A stretch of 63,627 nucleotides of DNA, filler included, from Sphacelaria rigidula (Eukaryota): assembly GCA_964200075.2 (NCBI GenBank). It is 11 parts of 11 records of this genome, joined end to end, with 100 filler letters (N's around TTAATTAATTAA, not from the genome) between each part and the next. Parts side by side here need not be neighbours in the genome. Positions count along the whole stretch, not along the records: positions 46,349 to 52,041 come from CAXNAA020025203.1; positions 52,142 to 57,834 come from CAXNAA020025204.1; positions 57,935 to 63,627 come from CAXNAA020025205.1; 8 more parts are not named here. One strand, written 5' to 3'. A program made the translations under genes and the position numbers. Shown here in pieces: positions 46,913 through 58,886 of the stretch. The notes under the pieces were generated by a model. It was not told the DNA's origin. It saw only the letters and a program-made list of their open reading frames with translations, and made no database searches. Numbering within the stretch: the first letter of the stretch is position 1; the number at the start of each line of letters is the position of its first letter.

Positions 46913-49900
46913 TCAGCATGAACCGGGTACATCCGAAATATCGGTAACGGAAGAATCAGTCGAGCTGAGACAGGTTCCGTCCGGGAATACGTTATCCTTT
47001 ATAATTATGCTGAACGAATCATTAAGCTCCAACGTTGTCACGCTGGTGAAGTTGTTGCCTGAAACCAAAGAGGAGCGATCGTTGTGGGCAGCGGGGGGGA
47101 CAGAACAACGACAAAGGGGAGACAATATTGCTGCCGGGAGCGTATCATGTGGCGCGGCCACGAACTACGTGGTTACAGTCCATCACAAGTCAGCACTGGA
47201 TTCTCCCTGATCTACCCAAGACTACCATTCGTGAAACGAGGGGGTCGGGTACACCGTTACTCTGAACTGAGCACTCACTCGACCCGTACCATGAATCCCG
47301 ACAACACAGATCAAAATCACCGTGCCATTATTTTCCTATCTTTGTCTGTCTTTGGATATCCAAACACGCGATTTGGATAAAGTATCGAAGCCTTTTAACC
47401 CGTAGACCGCGAGATTAGTCTTTCTGGATCATGCATACTTCTTTTTCACTCGAAATTGGTGCCGATTAAATAGAAGACTAACCTCACGGTCTGAGGGTTA
47501 ACACATATTCAATGACCGATGGCGGCAAGCCTATTGGTCCTACTCACTATGACTGAGCCTTGCGCCTTACTCCGAAGTTTAGCAGGACGAGTACACGAGA
47601 ACCAAAGACAGATGGAATCAGGAGCGGCTTTTGCACCATGGAATAGTAACACTAGAGAACGTCACTCACGGCGCACAATGTTTTCGTCGCCGTTGCTCAA
47701 ACTGATCCCGTTCGTTGAGCCGGAGACAACGTTATAGTAGAACACGTTGGTACGAGGGCGCCCGTCTGACGTCCACGGAACGTCGTTGGTTGATTCGTAG
47801 GTCACCAAACCGTCTGCGGCGACGAACGTCGGTGAATGAGCGAATGAGAGGTCGCCGGGGGGGGGTTAAGGGGGGCGGGGCGGGGGGGGTGAAAGATAGC
47901 ACACGGAATTAATCACAACTGCTGACACCGCTGCGTTGATGGTGGTAATAATCCAGGAGTGCCCGTTTTAAAACGCACACCAGCTCAGAAGAACTTGTGT
48001 ACCAAGCCTTACACCTATTCACCGTGTTGCAGAGTAGAATATTGCATCTGAGTGGCCTGAGAGTCAAGTCTGGCGCCGAAATTGACAAGTAGTGTTAAAC
48101 CGGAAGGAAATAGCAGTCGACTTCGAAGTGAGGAAACCCATTAGAATGAACTTTTCTACAGAGAACTAGGGAGTCCCGAACAGGTCACCATTTCGGGTAA
48201 AGTATGTAAGAGCATAGGTGATTGACTAATAATCGAGTGTCGCACCATGACGGATCCTCGAGGAATTCACGTGTGGTCACAAGATACTCATACCCACGAC
48301 AGGAAAAAAATACTCCATTAAAAAAAAATACACAATATGAAAACCATTTGTTTCACCTCATAAGAAATAAATGATCATGAATATTAGCTTCGTTGTCACG
48401 ACCTAGAGGATGAACTAGAGGATGAAACTATCAAAGTAATAAAACACATACAACATGTACAACTTGCCAGTATTATCTTCGAAGACGTTTCCCCACACAA
48501 TGTTGTCCTCGCCCCCGATTATGATTCGGATCCCGATGGCCTGGTTGACAACCCTGTTGTTGTAAATCACGCAGTAGCTGGTTTCCGCGAGTGACAGTCC
48601 AGCGTCTGTATTGCCATGCACATAGTTGCCTGTTTCACATGACGAACGCAGTCGTGGACGTGCAAGAACACGGAAAAACTAAAGACTTGTTCACAAACTC
48701 TGTCCTCCCGGGGTGTTTTATTTCACTGCGAGAGGGAACGAAACGCAACTTTACCACCCCAGGGGAATTTGACTCTTTCCTCGAGGGCGCCCAGCGGCGA
48801 AGACGCTAGTTTTCCGCGCAAATAAGGGATAACAAATATAAATTTAATGGTTCCGATGACGGCTTTGTAGCCCAAGTTGAATTCTTGGCTCGTGCAAATA
48901 TCCCAGACTCACGAAAAAATAATTGCGTAGTTATGGGTCAGGCTTATTCATAAGGCCAGGGTTCGGAATGTGCCTTTTCGTCATACCACACGTCGACGCG
49001 ACCGTCTATTGTGGGTTTCATCACTCCGGTACGGTACGAACAGCCAAGAAGGGGGCAACTCACGGTACGCTATGCTGTTGTTGCAGCCACGGTGGAGGTA
49101 GATACCGGTTTTATTGTTGTTGTACACCTCGTTGTTGACGATCCGAAGATTGTTGCAACGCTTGGAGGCGATGATTCCTGCATGCAACCGCCATGCAACG
49201 CAGCATTTGTAGCAGCAGAAGCCACCCGGACAGAAACAATCACGGCATTATATGCATGGTTGTGGCTGAAGGACTGCACTTTGAACGGAATTAGAAACAC
49301 AGCACAAATACGTACATGGGACGAATGTGCGGAAATAGTATACTTATAATACTAATAATACTATAATGCAATATAAAAAGAATAATAATACAAATACAGA
49401 TGATAATAATGATGAGTGAGAAAAGGATGATCAGCGTAAACGATGAGGAACTCGGAATGCCCACCATGGTTTTGGTTGTTGTAGACCTTGTTGTAGGAGA
49501 TGGTGAGGTAGTCGCTGTCATCGTGGGGGTCAAATCTGATGTCCCGTGATGAGCGTTCAGTGCAGTTTCCCCCCGAAATTGTCCAGAAATTGCGGCACGA
49601 CAGCGCCAACACGGCAGTACGATGGCATAAAAAACAGACAACAGTAGTATGAGAACACGGTGGGCGGACGAATCAACAACGTTCGCTGAGGCGAAAAAGT
49701 ACATGCCATTCCTGAACCGTGCCAAATTTCAGGTGAACTTCGAACTGTAAAAATAAAGAACTCCGAATGAAGTTCCCTCAACGTCGCGATTGCGGCGACG
49801 TAGCACCGCTAGCAAGAAATCGTTGACGCTGAGAACTTGTCACGTGGTAACCGGTGTGCTCCTTCAGCTACGTTTACTTACTACAGTATGCCTCTGCAAT

Positions 49901-50291
49901 GGTTCGAATACGACGTACATAAAACCTTGGGTGAAATATACAAATATACAACTCCGGTGGAGGGAGCAGCGGGATGCTTAGGGCGCCCCACGTCCGTGAG
50001 CCTGGACGTTCTCAGAAACTGTATCGGTCACGGCACCAGGAATCCTGCCATTCGCGGCACTTCCTTGAAATCAGCAGCCGGACAACATATCTTGGAAAAG
50101 AACAGGAAATGCTCCTCAAGACTCTCGAGGTTACAAGTCTAACTACTGGCCGGGCGTACTAACCACGGACGGTGACACGCCTGAACTACCCAGCAGAGTA
50201 CAGGACGAATACTGAACTCACCCGTACTGGTGATTGTCCCGCATAATATTGTAGCTCCAGTTGCCCTCCTGGTGGCCGAAACTGTACATGC
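46913..50291 (-). CDS. Mannuronan C5-epimerase (alginate epimerase), 3' six exons
   Basis: Exons 50222-50291 (GMYSFGHQEGNWSYNIMRDNHQYG), 49465-49535 (FDPHDDSDYLTISYNKVYNNQNH), 49064-49177 (GIIASKRCNN...GIYLHRGCN), 48468-48629 (GC donor), 47670-47813 (DGRPRTNVF) and 46913-47058 (...VPGSC*). Phases are compatible. The catalytic motif YGFDPHD and HGIIASKRC are diagnostic of AlgG-type/brown algal ManC5-E. Confidence 0.95.
47399..47497. mobile_element. 99-bp piggyBac-like MITE (TTAA TSD), intronic
   Basis: TTAA|CCCGTAGACCGCGAGATTAGTCTT...AAGACTAACCTCACGGTCTGAGGG|TTAA. Confidence 0.75.
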
Positions 50292-53200
50292 CTGTACCAT
50301 TCGTTGGGGCAACAGAAGATCGAGCTCGATGGCTACGTGCACGCGATGGGTGTCCCTCACAGTACCACACTTACGCATTCACCTTTCAGAGCAACACAGC
50401 GAAGTCTCGTTTCTCTTCCATAATAAGGAGGCGGTATTAGAGAGTTTCGCAAGATTTGTTTTAATCATAGAGTCAGAGTACAGAGTGGACGCTTTGAAAC
50501 TTCACGGTTGTTGTTGTCGTTGTTGTTGTCTTCACATTAAATCACGGTGGACGTTAAAAACGTTCACGGCGTTTTTTATCATAGAGTCGGAGTGCAGAGT
50601 AGAAGCTTCGAAACTTCACGGTGGACGTTAAAAACGTTCATAGCGGAAGCTGATGTGACGTGGCGGTGATTGGCCGCAGTTTTTTGTTTTGTGATGTGAC
50701 GTGATCTTTTTTGTCGCAGTGATTGGCCGCAGGTTGCCCCGCCTAATGTACGATCAACAGGCGTCCAACACTGACTGTACCGTGCACTGCGGCCACCGTA
50801 CGCACCATACACTATGCTTTTTCACTGCACCTGCAGTACTTAAATCCACTACAGCGCACTACAGGACAATGTAGTGATGTAGTGCTATAGTTCTGTGCAG
50901 CGAGAAGTACAGTGCAGTACAAAGAGTAGTGAGATACAGAGCCCCACAACAGTACATTGCGATGCTGTGAACTATTATACGGTACAGCGATACGGTACGT
51001 CAGTTGTACGAACATTATTAGTTCAGACAGTACGGTACGCAGCACTTTCAAACAGCAGACCTCCGCCGCATTGCGATGATTATCCCACATGCCACCCATA
51101 AAAGTGGTGCAAGACGTTAATAACTTATGATCTCTCACGAGATAGAAATACAGCCAGGTGTAGTACTGCTTGGGCGCTGTAGACTACGAATCGTTCCCAC
51201 CGTCTTCTTTCAGCTGAAGCTGGCAAGAATGAGGAATTGCACCCAGCGCAACGTGTACCTGTCGAGCATTTGCATTTTCACGCAACACAACCAAGCGGAT
51301 TGCTGATACCATGGCGGCGTGAGGGAGGTCTTCTGATTGCGATGCCAAGCTTTTCTACTTCGTGAATGGCCCATTGTAATGAGTATGACAGTTTTGATTA
51401 ATGATGAATGTCCCACTTCGCTCGTTAGGGTGTATTGACTTTGGACTGGACGTGACCATGGGTGGTGAAGGTGGGCGTGGTTCTTTTCCATTCCGCTAAA
51501 CTATGAGGAGGAACAACGGTTTTCAAAGTGAAGGGATGTACACGGGACTCTCACTCTGAAAACATCGCCCTGGAAAAAACTTCATAGCAGAAAGTAGTGC
51601 ACCGTTACCGGCTATTTTTCCTTCCACTCTGACTTTGAGAGTTTGAAAAAACCTTTCCCGCAACTCTCAATTCTGGAAGGTTTTCTTCGAGACCAGGCGC
51701 ACCCCCGTGTATGAGTTCAACCCCTGGCTTTTGAATGACATTTTCAGGGGGGTGCGAACCAATCGGGCACGCAACCAGCACCTGCTCTGCCACTCGTGTC
51801 GTTAATCTCCGCCCGGGACAAACGCAAAAAAACATAGCTAAGCACCACCACACGTGGACAGATAGCACCCTGTAGGACACCACTACATGGTTCAGCAACC
51901 CTGTATAGCATTTGCCAACCTTAGTATCTCTACCGGCATTTTGTTTAGTGTTTTCTCGATGCACTCACTGTAAAACAGCCGATCATCTATGTTGAGGATG
52001 GTGCTTTTCATTGAGGATGAGAACCCGGAGGATTAAAATCTNNNNNNNNNNNNNNNNNNNNNNNNNNNNNNNNNNNNNNNNNNNNTTAATTAATTAANNN
52101 NNNNNNNNNNNNNNNNNNNNNNNNNNNNNNNNNNNNNNNNNATGTCAATAACCGAAATGTTGGGGTCCTACGGGAAAATCCAATTTCGGGGAATTTCGGC
52201 GATCCGATTCGGGAAAAAATGAGATGTTGTGCTATATTTTATCGGAGAAATCGGTAAAGTCAGTCTTGATGAACCAACGATGTATACTACTACGTGGCTG
52301 GAGAAACCTGCTCTCCCATTTTTTGGGGAAAAAATACACTTTCTACGATTATAGCCCCCCGCCCAAAAGTGCATGGTTTTGGGAGGCAAAATCTTCACGT
52401 AAATCGAAATGGGAGAAGCCGAGCACAACGAGNNNNNNNNNNACAACGAGCAGCTGGGAATTCTCACGACTGGGTTCGTTCTAGCCAGTATTGCCAATAT
52501 GAGGCGCTTCATGCAGCCTGAACCCAAGCATCAGGCGCTGTATGCTCATCTTTTTCGTGAGACTTTTGGCTGGTTTTGGGCGGCGGCTATCCGTTATCGT
52601 AGAAAGTGTCAAAAATAGAAAGTGTCCGAAAATGTTCGACTTTCCGTCTGAAGAATAACGCCCGTTAACAACGCCCGTTAGCTACAGGATATACAACCGG
52701 TTTGATGGGGTGATCTTTTCCTTCCCCCATAAGGTGTGGCGAGGTGTCCAGGAAACTCCACAGCTCGACCACCTCACTGACTATTTTTTTCATCATCATC
52801 ATCACGTGTCAGCGCGACCTTTCTGACTCGTGGTCAACTTGTACCAAAATCTCGCCAAGAGGATGAGCAGAAAAAAAGTCCTTGCTCCGACCTTAGGAAC
52901 ATATACACACTTTCAACACACCAAGACGTGAGCCAAATTCATTGTCGGAGCTTTGATCACGCTTGACACCTGATTTACTTGGGTCGACATTAGCCCCCCC
53001 TGCTCCGTGCCCGAGGATCCGCAGGAGTATCCATCGTTCGTTTTCCTCGAAATCCATCTGCTAATACTCGTATTATAGGACATCCGGACGTTCGGATATC
53101 CGGATATCCGTCACTTTTTCCAATCTGCGGATCGATCCGGAAAAGACTGCCGGAAATCCGAAATCCGCTGCATTTGAAAAATTCAAACGGAGCACATCAC

Positions 53201-55694
53201 ACATCTAGTTTTTTGTGGTGCCGAAACTGGACACCGTTTTGGGGCGGGGGGGATAAAGATATGCAACCGAACCGCAGACCAAAGATATTGCAGATATTGT
53301 AGTCGGATGTACGAGTGTGGAATAATGATAGAGTGTCGTGACAGAATGTTTGGTAGATCTCACTGACTGCACACTGTACCGGGTCTAGACTTGCGTCTTG
53401 CTCAAGGAGCAGAGCTCAGTTGTGCCTCTCATTACATCATAATCATCATCAAGCATCAAGCATTTTGCACAGACTGCAAGAAGCTGAAGAAGACATTTGC
53501 ATGATGCGAGAGTTCGAGAGTGACAGCAGCAGCGGGGGGAAACGTCCAAAGGAAGGGAAAAAGCGGCGAAATCGAAACTCTTCCAAGTATTTTGTTTTTT
53601 ATTTCCAGACCGAAGTCGGTAAAATGAACCGACCAATACCCTCGGCCACTTGTTGCAAAGCCCTGTAGACAGGAAACTGAACAAAAACAGGTAATATCAC
53701 ATCGTCGTCGGTCACAACAATAGTAGAGTCCTGCGGGAGATCAAGTGAATCGCGTCTTCTGGGGCATCATCGCGTACAACGCATTGGCGCTGGCGCTCTG
53801 GATCATTTCGAGGAACTGAGGTAAAGCAGGCTATCGCATACATTGATATGGGAAGCTTTAGAAAAATATCATGTACAGAGGGTACATGGGTAGTCCACGT
53901 CAAGCACCGTCATATTGTTCCCAGAACAGAGAAAGCTATCGATCTCGCTTCCTATGTAGGCCCCAACCTGTATGAGCAGCGTACGTGTTTTATATCGACT
54001 TCAGTATTGAACAACATGAACGAATCTTGGGTCCGCCAGAAAATCAAAAATTACACACATGCAGCATAGGCAGGGCACACGAACGCAAGACGAGACAGCA
54101 TGCAGCTGCTGTGTGTGAACTTTGCCCTCATTCGCCGCCTGACCCGCCTCGAGGACTCTCTTGCCCTTGACTGCCATATTGTCTCCGTCAAGCATGTTTA
54201 TTTGTTCATTGTTCTCGCCTGGTTATTCCCTCGTCCCGAACGTTCATTGTTCAGCTCCGTTCTGTGAAGCCTACTGACGGCAGTTTACACTTGTGCCTCA
54301 AATTTCATCCGTTCATACGTGGTCGTGGCCAATCAAACCACTTAAATTTCGGAAGTTTGCGGTAGTCTCCAGTGGCGGCTCAGGTAGCGGAGATGAGCGG
54401 CTCAAGGGGCGGAGAGGGGCGAGGGGGAGTGTGTATGTGCTGGTTGTGGGCCACCTTCTTTAGTGCACCTCCTATGCTCTCTCTCGCGTTGTGAAATTTA
54501 CAGAAAACTTGCTATCGTACGGTATGAAGTCGGAGATCTGCACGAGTATAGCCAGTCTTGTGTAACCACGGCTGTATCCCTCCGGAATCAGTTTATGTGC
54601 GACAAACAATCCATCTATCAGAACTTCACTCACGCGTGCACGTGATCGACGACAATCAGCACAGTTATAAAACGGTACGGTTACACACGTTCTCTTCCCG
54701 TACGGATATGGTCACGTGCTGTAGTACAGTGCAGTCATCACAACAAACGTACTCAGCAGTTGTACAACATGCACTACGACCTACCTGAGTGGTGCGTGCT
54801 GTTGTTCCGTATGTGTACGAGTACTGTTGTAATACTTCACCTAACAGTAGGTGAACTAATTAAATAGGAGAGAATGAAGGAGTGCGCTACGGCTGGGTGC
54901 ATGTGCGTTTTACTTGTAGGGCGGGCGAGGACTTCGCGACATGGCCGATTGTGCACAGCTATGCAACCGTGAACTCAAAAAATTGTCGTTTCAGATGATG
55001 CAGTATGGTGTACGGTAGGGGTCGCACGGCAGCTGTGCGATCCTCTCATGTGCGAGGTCCCACGACAGTGCGTTAAAGATCAAGGTCACTTGTCCCAGAC
55101 AGTACCGGACAGTAAGTAAGGTGCTCCCAGTATAATACGATCATGCCGAGCAGACGACCCGCCACCATACTGCGCCGTAGAGTTTTTGGGATTCGAAAAA
55201 TTCTTCAGCTGGACGTGGTACATACCTAAGAGGGGTTGCTAAAATACATACTCTAGGCACTTCTGTCTGCCCATATTGTACCGACATGTGTTGTACCGAC
55301 ATGGTGCCGAAATGGGAAACACTCAAAACTCATCACCAGGGAGTGCTTTTCGGGGGGTGCTTTACGACGTACCGGGGATATATACCGTCATACACAACAG
55401 TACCTCCCTTCTCCTCGCCGGGTAAGGGTTGAGCACGAGAGTAGTTACACGAAGTAGGGTTCAGGGTTCTCATCACCGTCTCGTGAGGAAGGGATTGATG
55501 GAGTCACGGTAGAGTTTGTGCGAGAAAGTAACGTGCTTGTAAAAAAAGGTGAGTACGCTGTGCACTGAACCATTGAACTGCCTCCCGTCTAGTTCACGAA
55601 CAGGATAGGGGTGAAGTACCTACACTAGTATTATTGTAGGTGAGACACACCAGGGTTCAAATTAAGGATCGTGAGGGAGGGGCTCGTGAAGTAA

Positions 55695-56173
55695 GGCCGG
55701 ATGTTATGGCAAACAAATTTTTGGCCCACGGATTGTTCACTTTTAGGACGTTTGGCCCACCTCTTGACCCCCACATAAGGAAAATCGCAAACACATGTCT
55801 CGGGCACTTTGCATCACTTCACAGAGAGGAGCCTAGTCTGCCCTTCAGATTCGCTTGGCTCCGAGGTTTCGAGATTGACCGCTGGACAATACTTCGTGTG
55901 CAAAAATCTGTGCTTGTCGACCCCCGCCAGTTCGCCTACTATTCTGTGGAGATCGCCGTAGATTTTATTGCACACGGATTATCGTCCAGCGCTGCTCTCG
56001 AAACCTCGGAGCCAAGCGAATCTGAAAAGCAGACTAGGCTCCTCTCTGTCAGGTTGTGCAAAGTGTCCAAGACGTGTGTTGGCGATTTTCCCTCCTTGGG
56101 GGTCAAAAAGTGGCTCAAACGTCCCAAAAAAACAATCCGTGGGCCAAAACTCTGTGTGCCATAACATCCGGCC
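55695..56173. mobile_element. 479-bp foldback MITE, PIF/Harbinger (Tourist)-like
   Basis: TAA|GGCCGGATGTTATGGCA...TGCCATAACATCCGGCC|TAA. Arms remain complementary for about 210 bp. Confidence 0.9.
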
Positions 56174-56779
56174 TAAGTCACAACAGTAGTAGTAATGTTC
56201 ATGCGAGGAAGTAACACGGGACACGTGTGTATAGAAACGCCAATGCGTCGCGTACTGAACTCATGAATTGTCTACGTTTCCGTAAAATAAATCTAAAATG
56301 GATGGCAGCTTCTATCTTGAGATATGTGTCGCAATCAATTTGAAATAATCACAAGGTCGACAGTTTTGAAAGTATGGAGGAGCAAGAAGAAAAGGCTTTT
56401 GAGCAGCAGGGAAACTGAAAAAAATTACGTGTACATGATCACTCCATACCTTGTGAACACCATAGTAGTGATGCCGCGATAGCCCCCACCCAAACTAGCC
56501 CCGAAGCTGTCACGGCGAAAATGGCCATACATCGCGTGATGGCTGGTTTGAGAGTGTGCATGAAGCGCCTCATATGGACGAAAACAATCCTAAGCAGAGT
56601 TCCCAGCTGCTCAGCGTGCTCGGCTTTTATCATTTTCATTTGGTTCCGATGCCGATTTCGTTCCCTCAAACCAGCCTCTTGTCTCTCTCTTTTTTTTTGT
56701 CGCACTTTCAACCCCTCCCCTTCCTCGGGACGAGTCCGTGGTCTCGAGACAAGATATCATCCCATCATGTTTCCCCCGG

Positions 56780-57008
56780 TACACGCCTTGCAGTTTCGTC
56801 TCGCGGATTGGGTCAGCACGCCCGTACCGCGTCAACTCACGGCAAACAAACTCAGTCGACTACTTTTGTTTACTTACGTTCTCACGCTTTCCACGGTGGA
56901 CATCAGATATCACGAAGAAAAGACCCAACGCATCGCAAATCGAACCCTCGTTCTATCCACCCTACTAGCGACAGTCGGACCATTACCATTACACCACCGG
57001 GGCGCTCT
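56780..57008 (-). mobile_element. tRNA-derived SINE
   Basis: Minus strand reads GCGCCCCGGTGGTGTAATGG (A box)...GGGTTCGATTT (B box)...GACCCAATCCGCGAGACGAAACTGCAAGGCGTGTACC; homologous to 42190-42425. Confidence 0.72.
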
Positions 57009-58422
57009 GGGGGGGGGGGGGGGGCTGTGGTGGCATCACTCCATAGTTGCAACGTCCGTCTCTTTTTGCCGTAAAAAACACAGGACCAGCAGACGATATC
57101 ATGGCTAAAAGTGTTGTACTTGGCACGAAGTAGTTTCCTACCAAAGGTCACCGACCTATCTTACTCCCGCTCAAAACTCATACACTTCACCCACGAAGTG
57201 ACGCTGAGGCAGCAGGGAGCAGTGGTCTGCAATACCAATGATTGACCGCAGGTCCCCCCACCCCACCCCGCTCCCTAAAACTTTGATTTTCGATACTTCG
57301 TCCCCTGGTTGGAAACTTGCAAACTTTTGTATGTTTTCCAGAAAGATATCGTTTCGGACTTCCTGGAAACAAGTTGGGTCGTGCACCAAAACATTCCTCT
57401 CGCAGAAGAAGATAAACGTACCAGTCGCAAGGTTACGCGCGCAAATATATGTTGCACAGACCTAAGGCACCACCATACATGAATCTCTGAGGCGAACTGC
57501 CCCAGGACTGACGAATCATGAATTCGAGTCGTATCCGTTGATCAGTTCAGTCCGTTTTTACCCTACTAATAGTTTCGATAGGGCTGTGAACTAGCTGCTC
57601 TGGCCACTTGAGTTTCCAGTTCGCCGATTAACTGGAAACAATCGGCGGCGAGCGGCGAAGCCCGCCACTTGTGGCTTCGGATGATACTTTTGTCCCCGTC
57701 ACCTTGCCACTCAGCCCTTTGTGGTCGGGGTGGGCCGCCATTTCCCACCTTGTTGCATGCGGCAAATTCTCTTCCAACGGTATTAGCGTTGCGGCGCGCA
57801 TGCATACAACAGTATGTAGTACAATACAGTCTGGNNNNNNNNNNNNNNNNNNNNNNNNNNNNNNNNNNNNNNNNNNNNTTAATTAATTAANNNNNNNNNN
57901 NNNNNNNNNNNNNNNNNNNNNNNNNNNNNNNNNNGATTTCCACTTGCTCCACCATATCATTGTCGCCGTATAGTGTGGCTTCCTACGCTCGCCAAGTGTT
58001 GATGATACAGCCCACCAAAACGGTGCACTTCTCTAATTTCAAAGTATACTAGTGCGCCACTCTAAGTTCAAGTATACTAATGTGACATATTCGCGCACCG
58101 AACTCGAAATGAGGTATTTCAAAGATTTCCACCGACAAAAATCACATATACGGGAGTTTGTACTGTTTTGCGAGAGTTTTGTCGATGTATACAACTGGAC
58201 CCACTTCGCTTGTCGCGTGATATCAGTGGACATACCCAACCCGACCGCTCCGGGGTTTCGTTTTCGGTACATCCATGACGTATGCTTCTGGAGTCTCCTT
58301 TGGTCTTCCACAGTAACAATGGTTGCCGTCGGTCTTTTTATTTCCATTTTTTCCTCCTTGTCACAACTTGAAAAAATGAGGCGTCTGGCCCGGGGACGAG
58401 AGGGGAGGGTTCCAAAAGGGGT

Positions 58423-58886
58423 AAGGTCACTTCTCATGTGTCAAAAATAAATGTCTCGTTGAAGACTGCCTTTTTGGTCCTTCTCCGTCGTTTTTCGCCC
58501 AAAACGAGCGCTAGGCAAATGTTGACACCTAGGAATGACTTGCTCTACTCGTTGAGACCGTTCCAGGGCACCTTCCGTTTTCCGGTGGCCGCAATTTTTT
58601 CTCGTGCCAAACTTGCGTCGTCAATAACAGCCAAGTTGTGAAAAAAAACTCGCAGCTTTCCCCCTGTTTTCTGATAACTTGACCGTTTGCCATTGAAAAT
58701 ACCAGTTTGGCCAAAAAGAAAATTGCGGCCACCGCAGAAGCAAAGGTGCCTTGGAACGGAGTGCACGAGTAAAGCAAGTCGTTTCCAAGGTGTCAACATC
58801 CGCCTAGCCCTCTTTTCGGGTGTAGAACGACGAAGGGCCAACAAGGCAGATTTCAACATTTTTTTTCGACACATAACAAGTAACCT
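58423..58886. mobile_element. ~460-bp degenerate foldback element
   Basis: AGGTCACTT...TGTTGACACC.AGGAA.GACTTGCT.TACTCG...GGTGGCCGCAATTTT is mirrored by AAAATTGCGGCCACC...CGAGTAAAGCAAGTC...GGTGTCAACA...AAGTAACCT. Confidence 0.75.

Noticed and set aside
51650..51781. Further upstream epimerase exon (VLVACPIGSHPPEN...)
   Set aside because: No resemblance to the expected epimerase sequence, a weak donor, and phase 0 does not fit the phase-1 start of exon 50222-50291.
58039..58450. 132-aa ORFs on both strands as a gene or transposase
   Set aside because: No recognisable motif or reliable splice sites, and they overlap a foldback arm. A decayed TE gene cannot be excluded.
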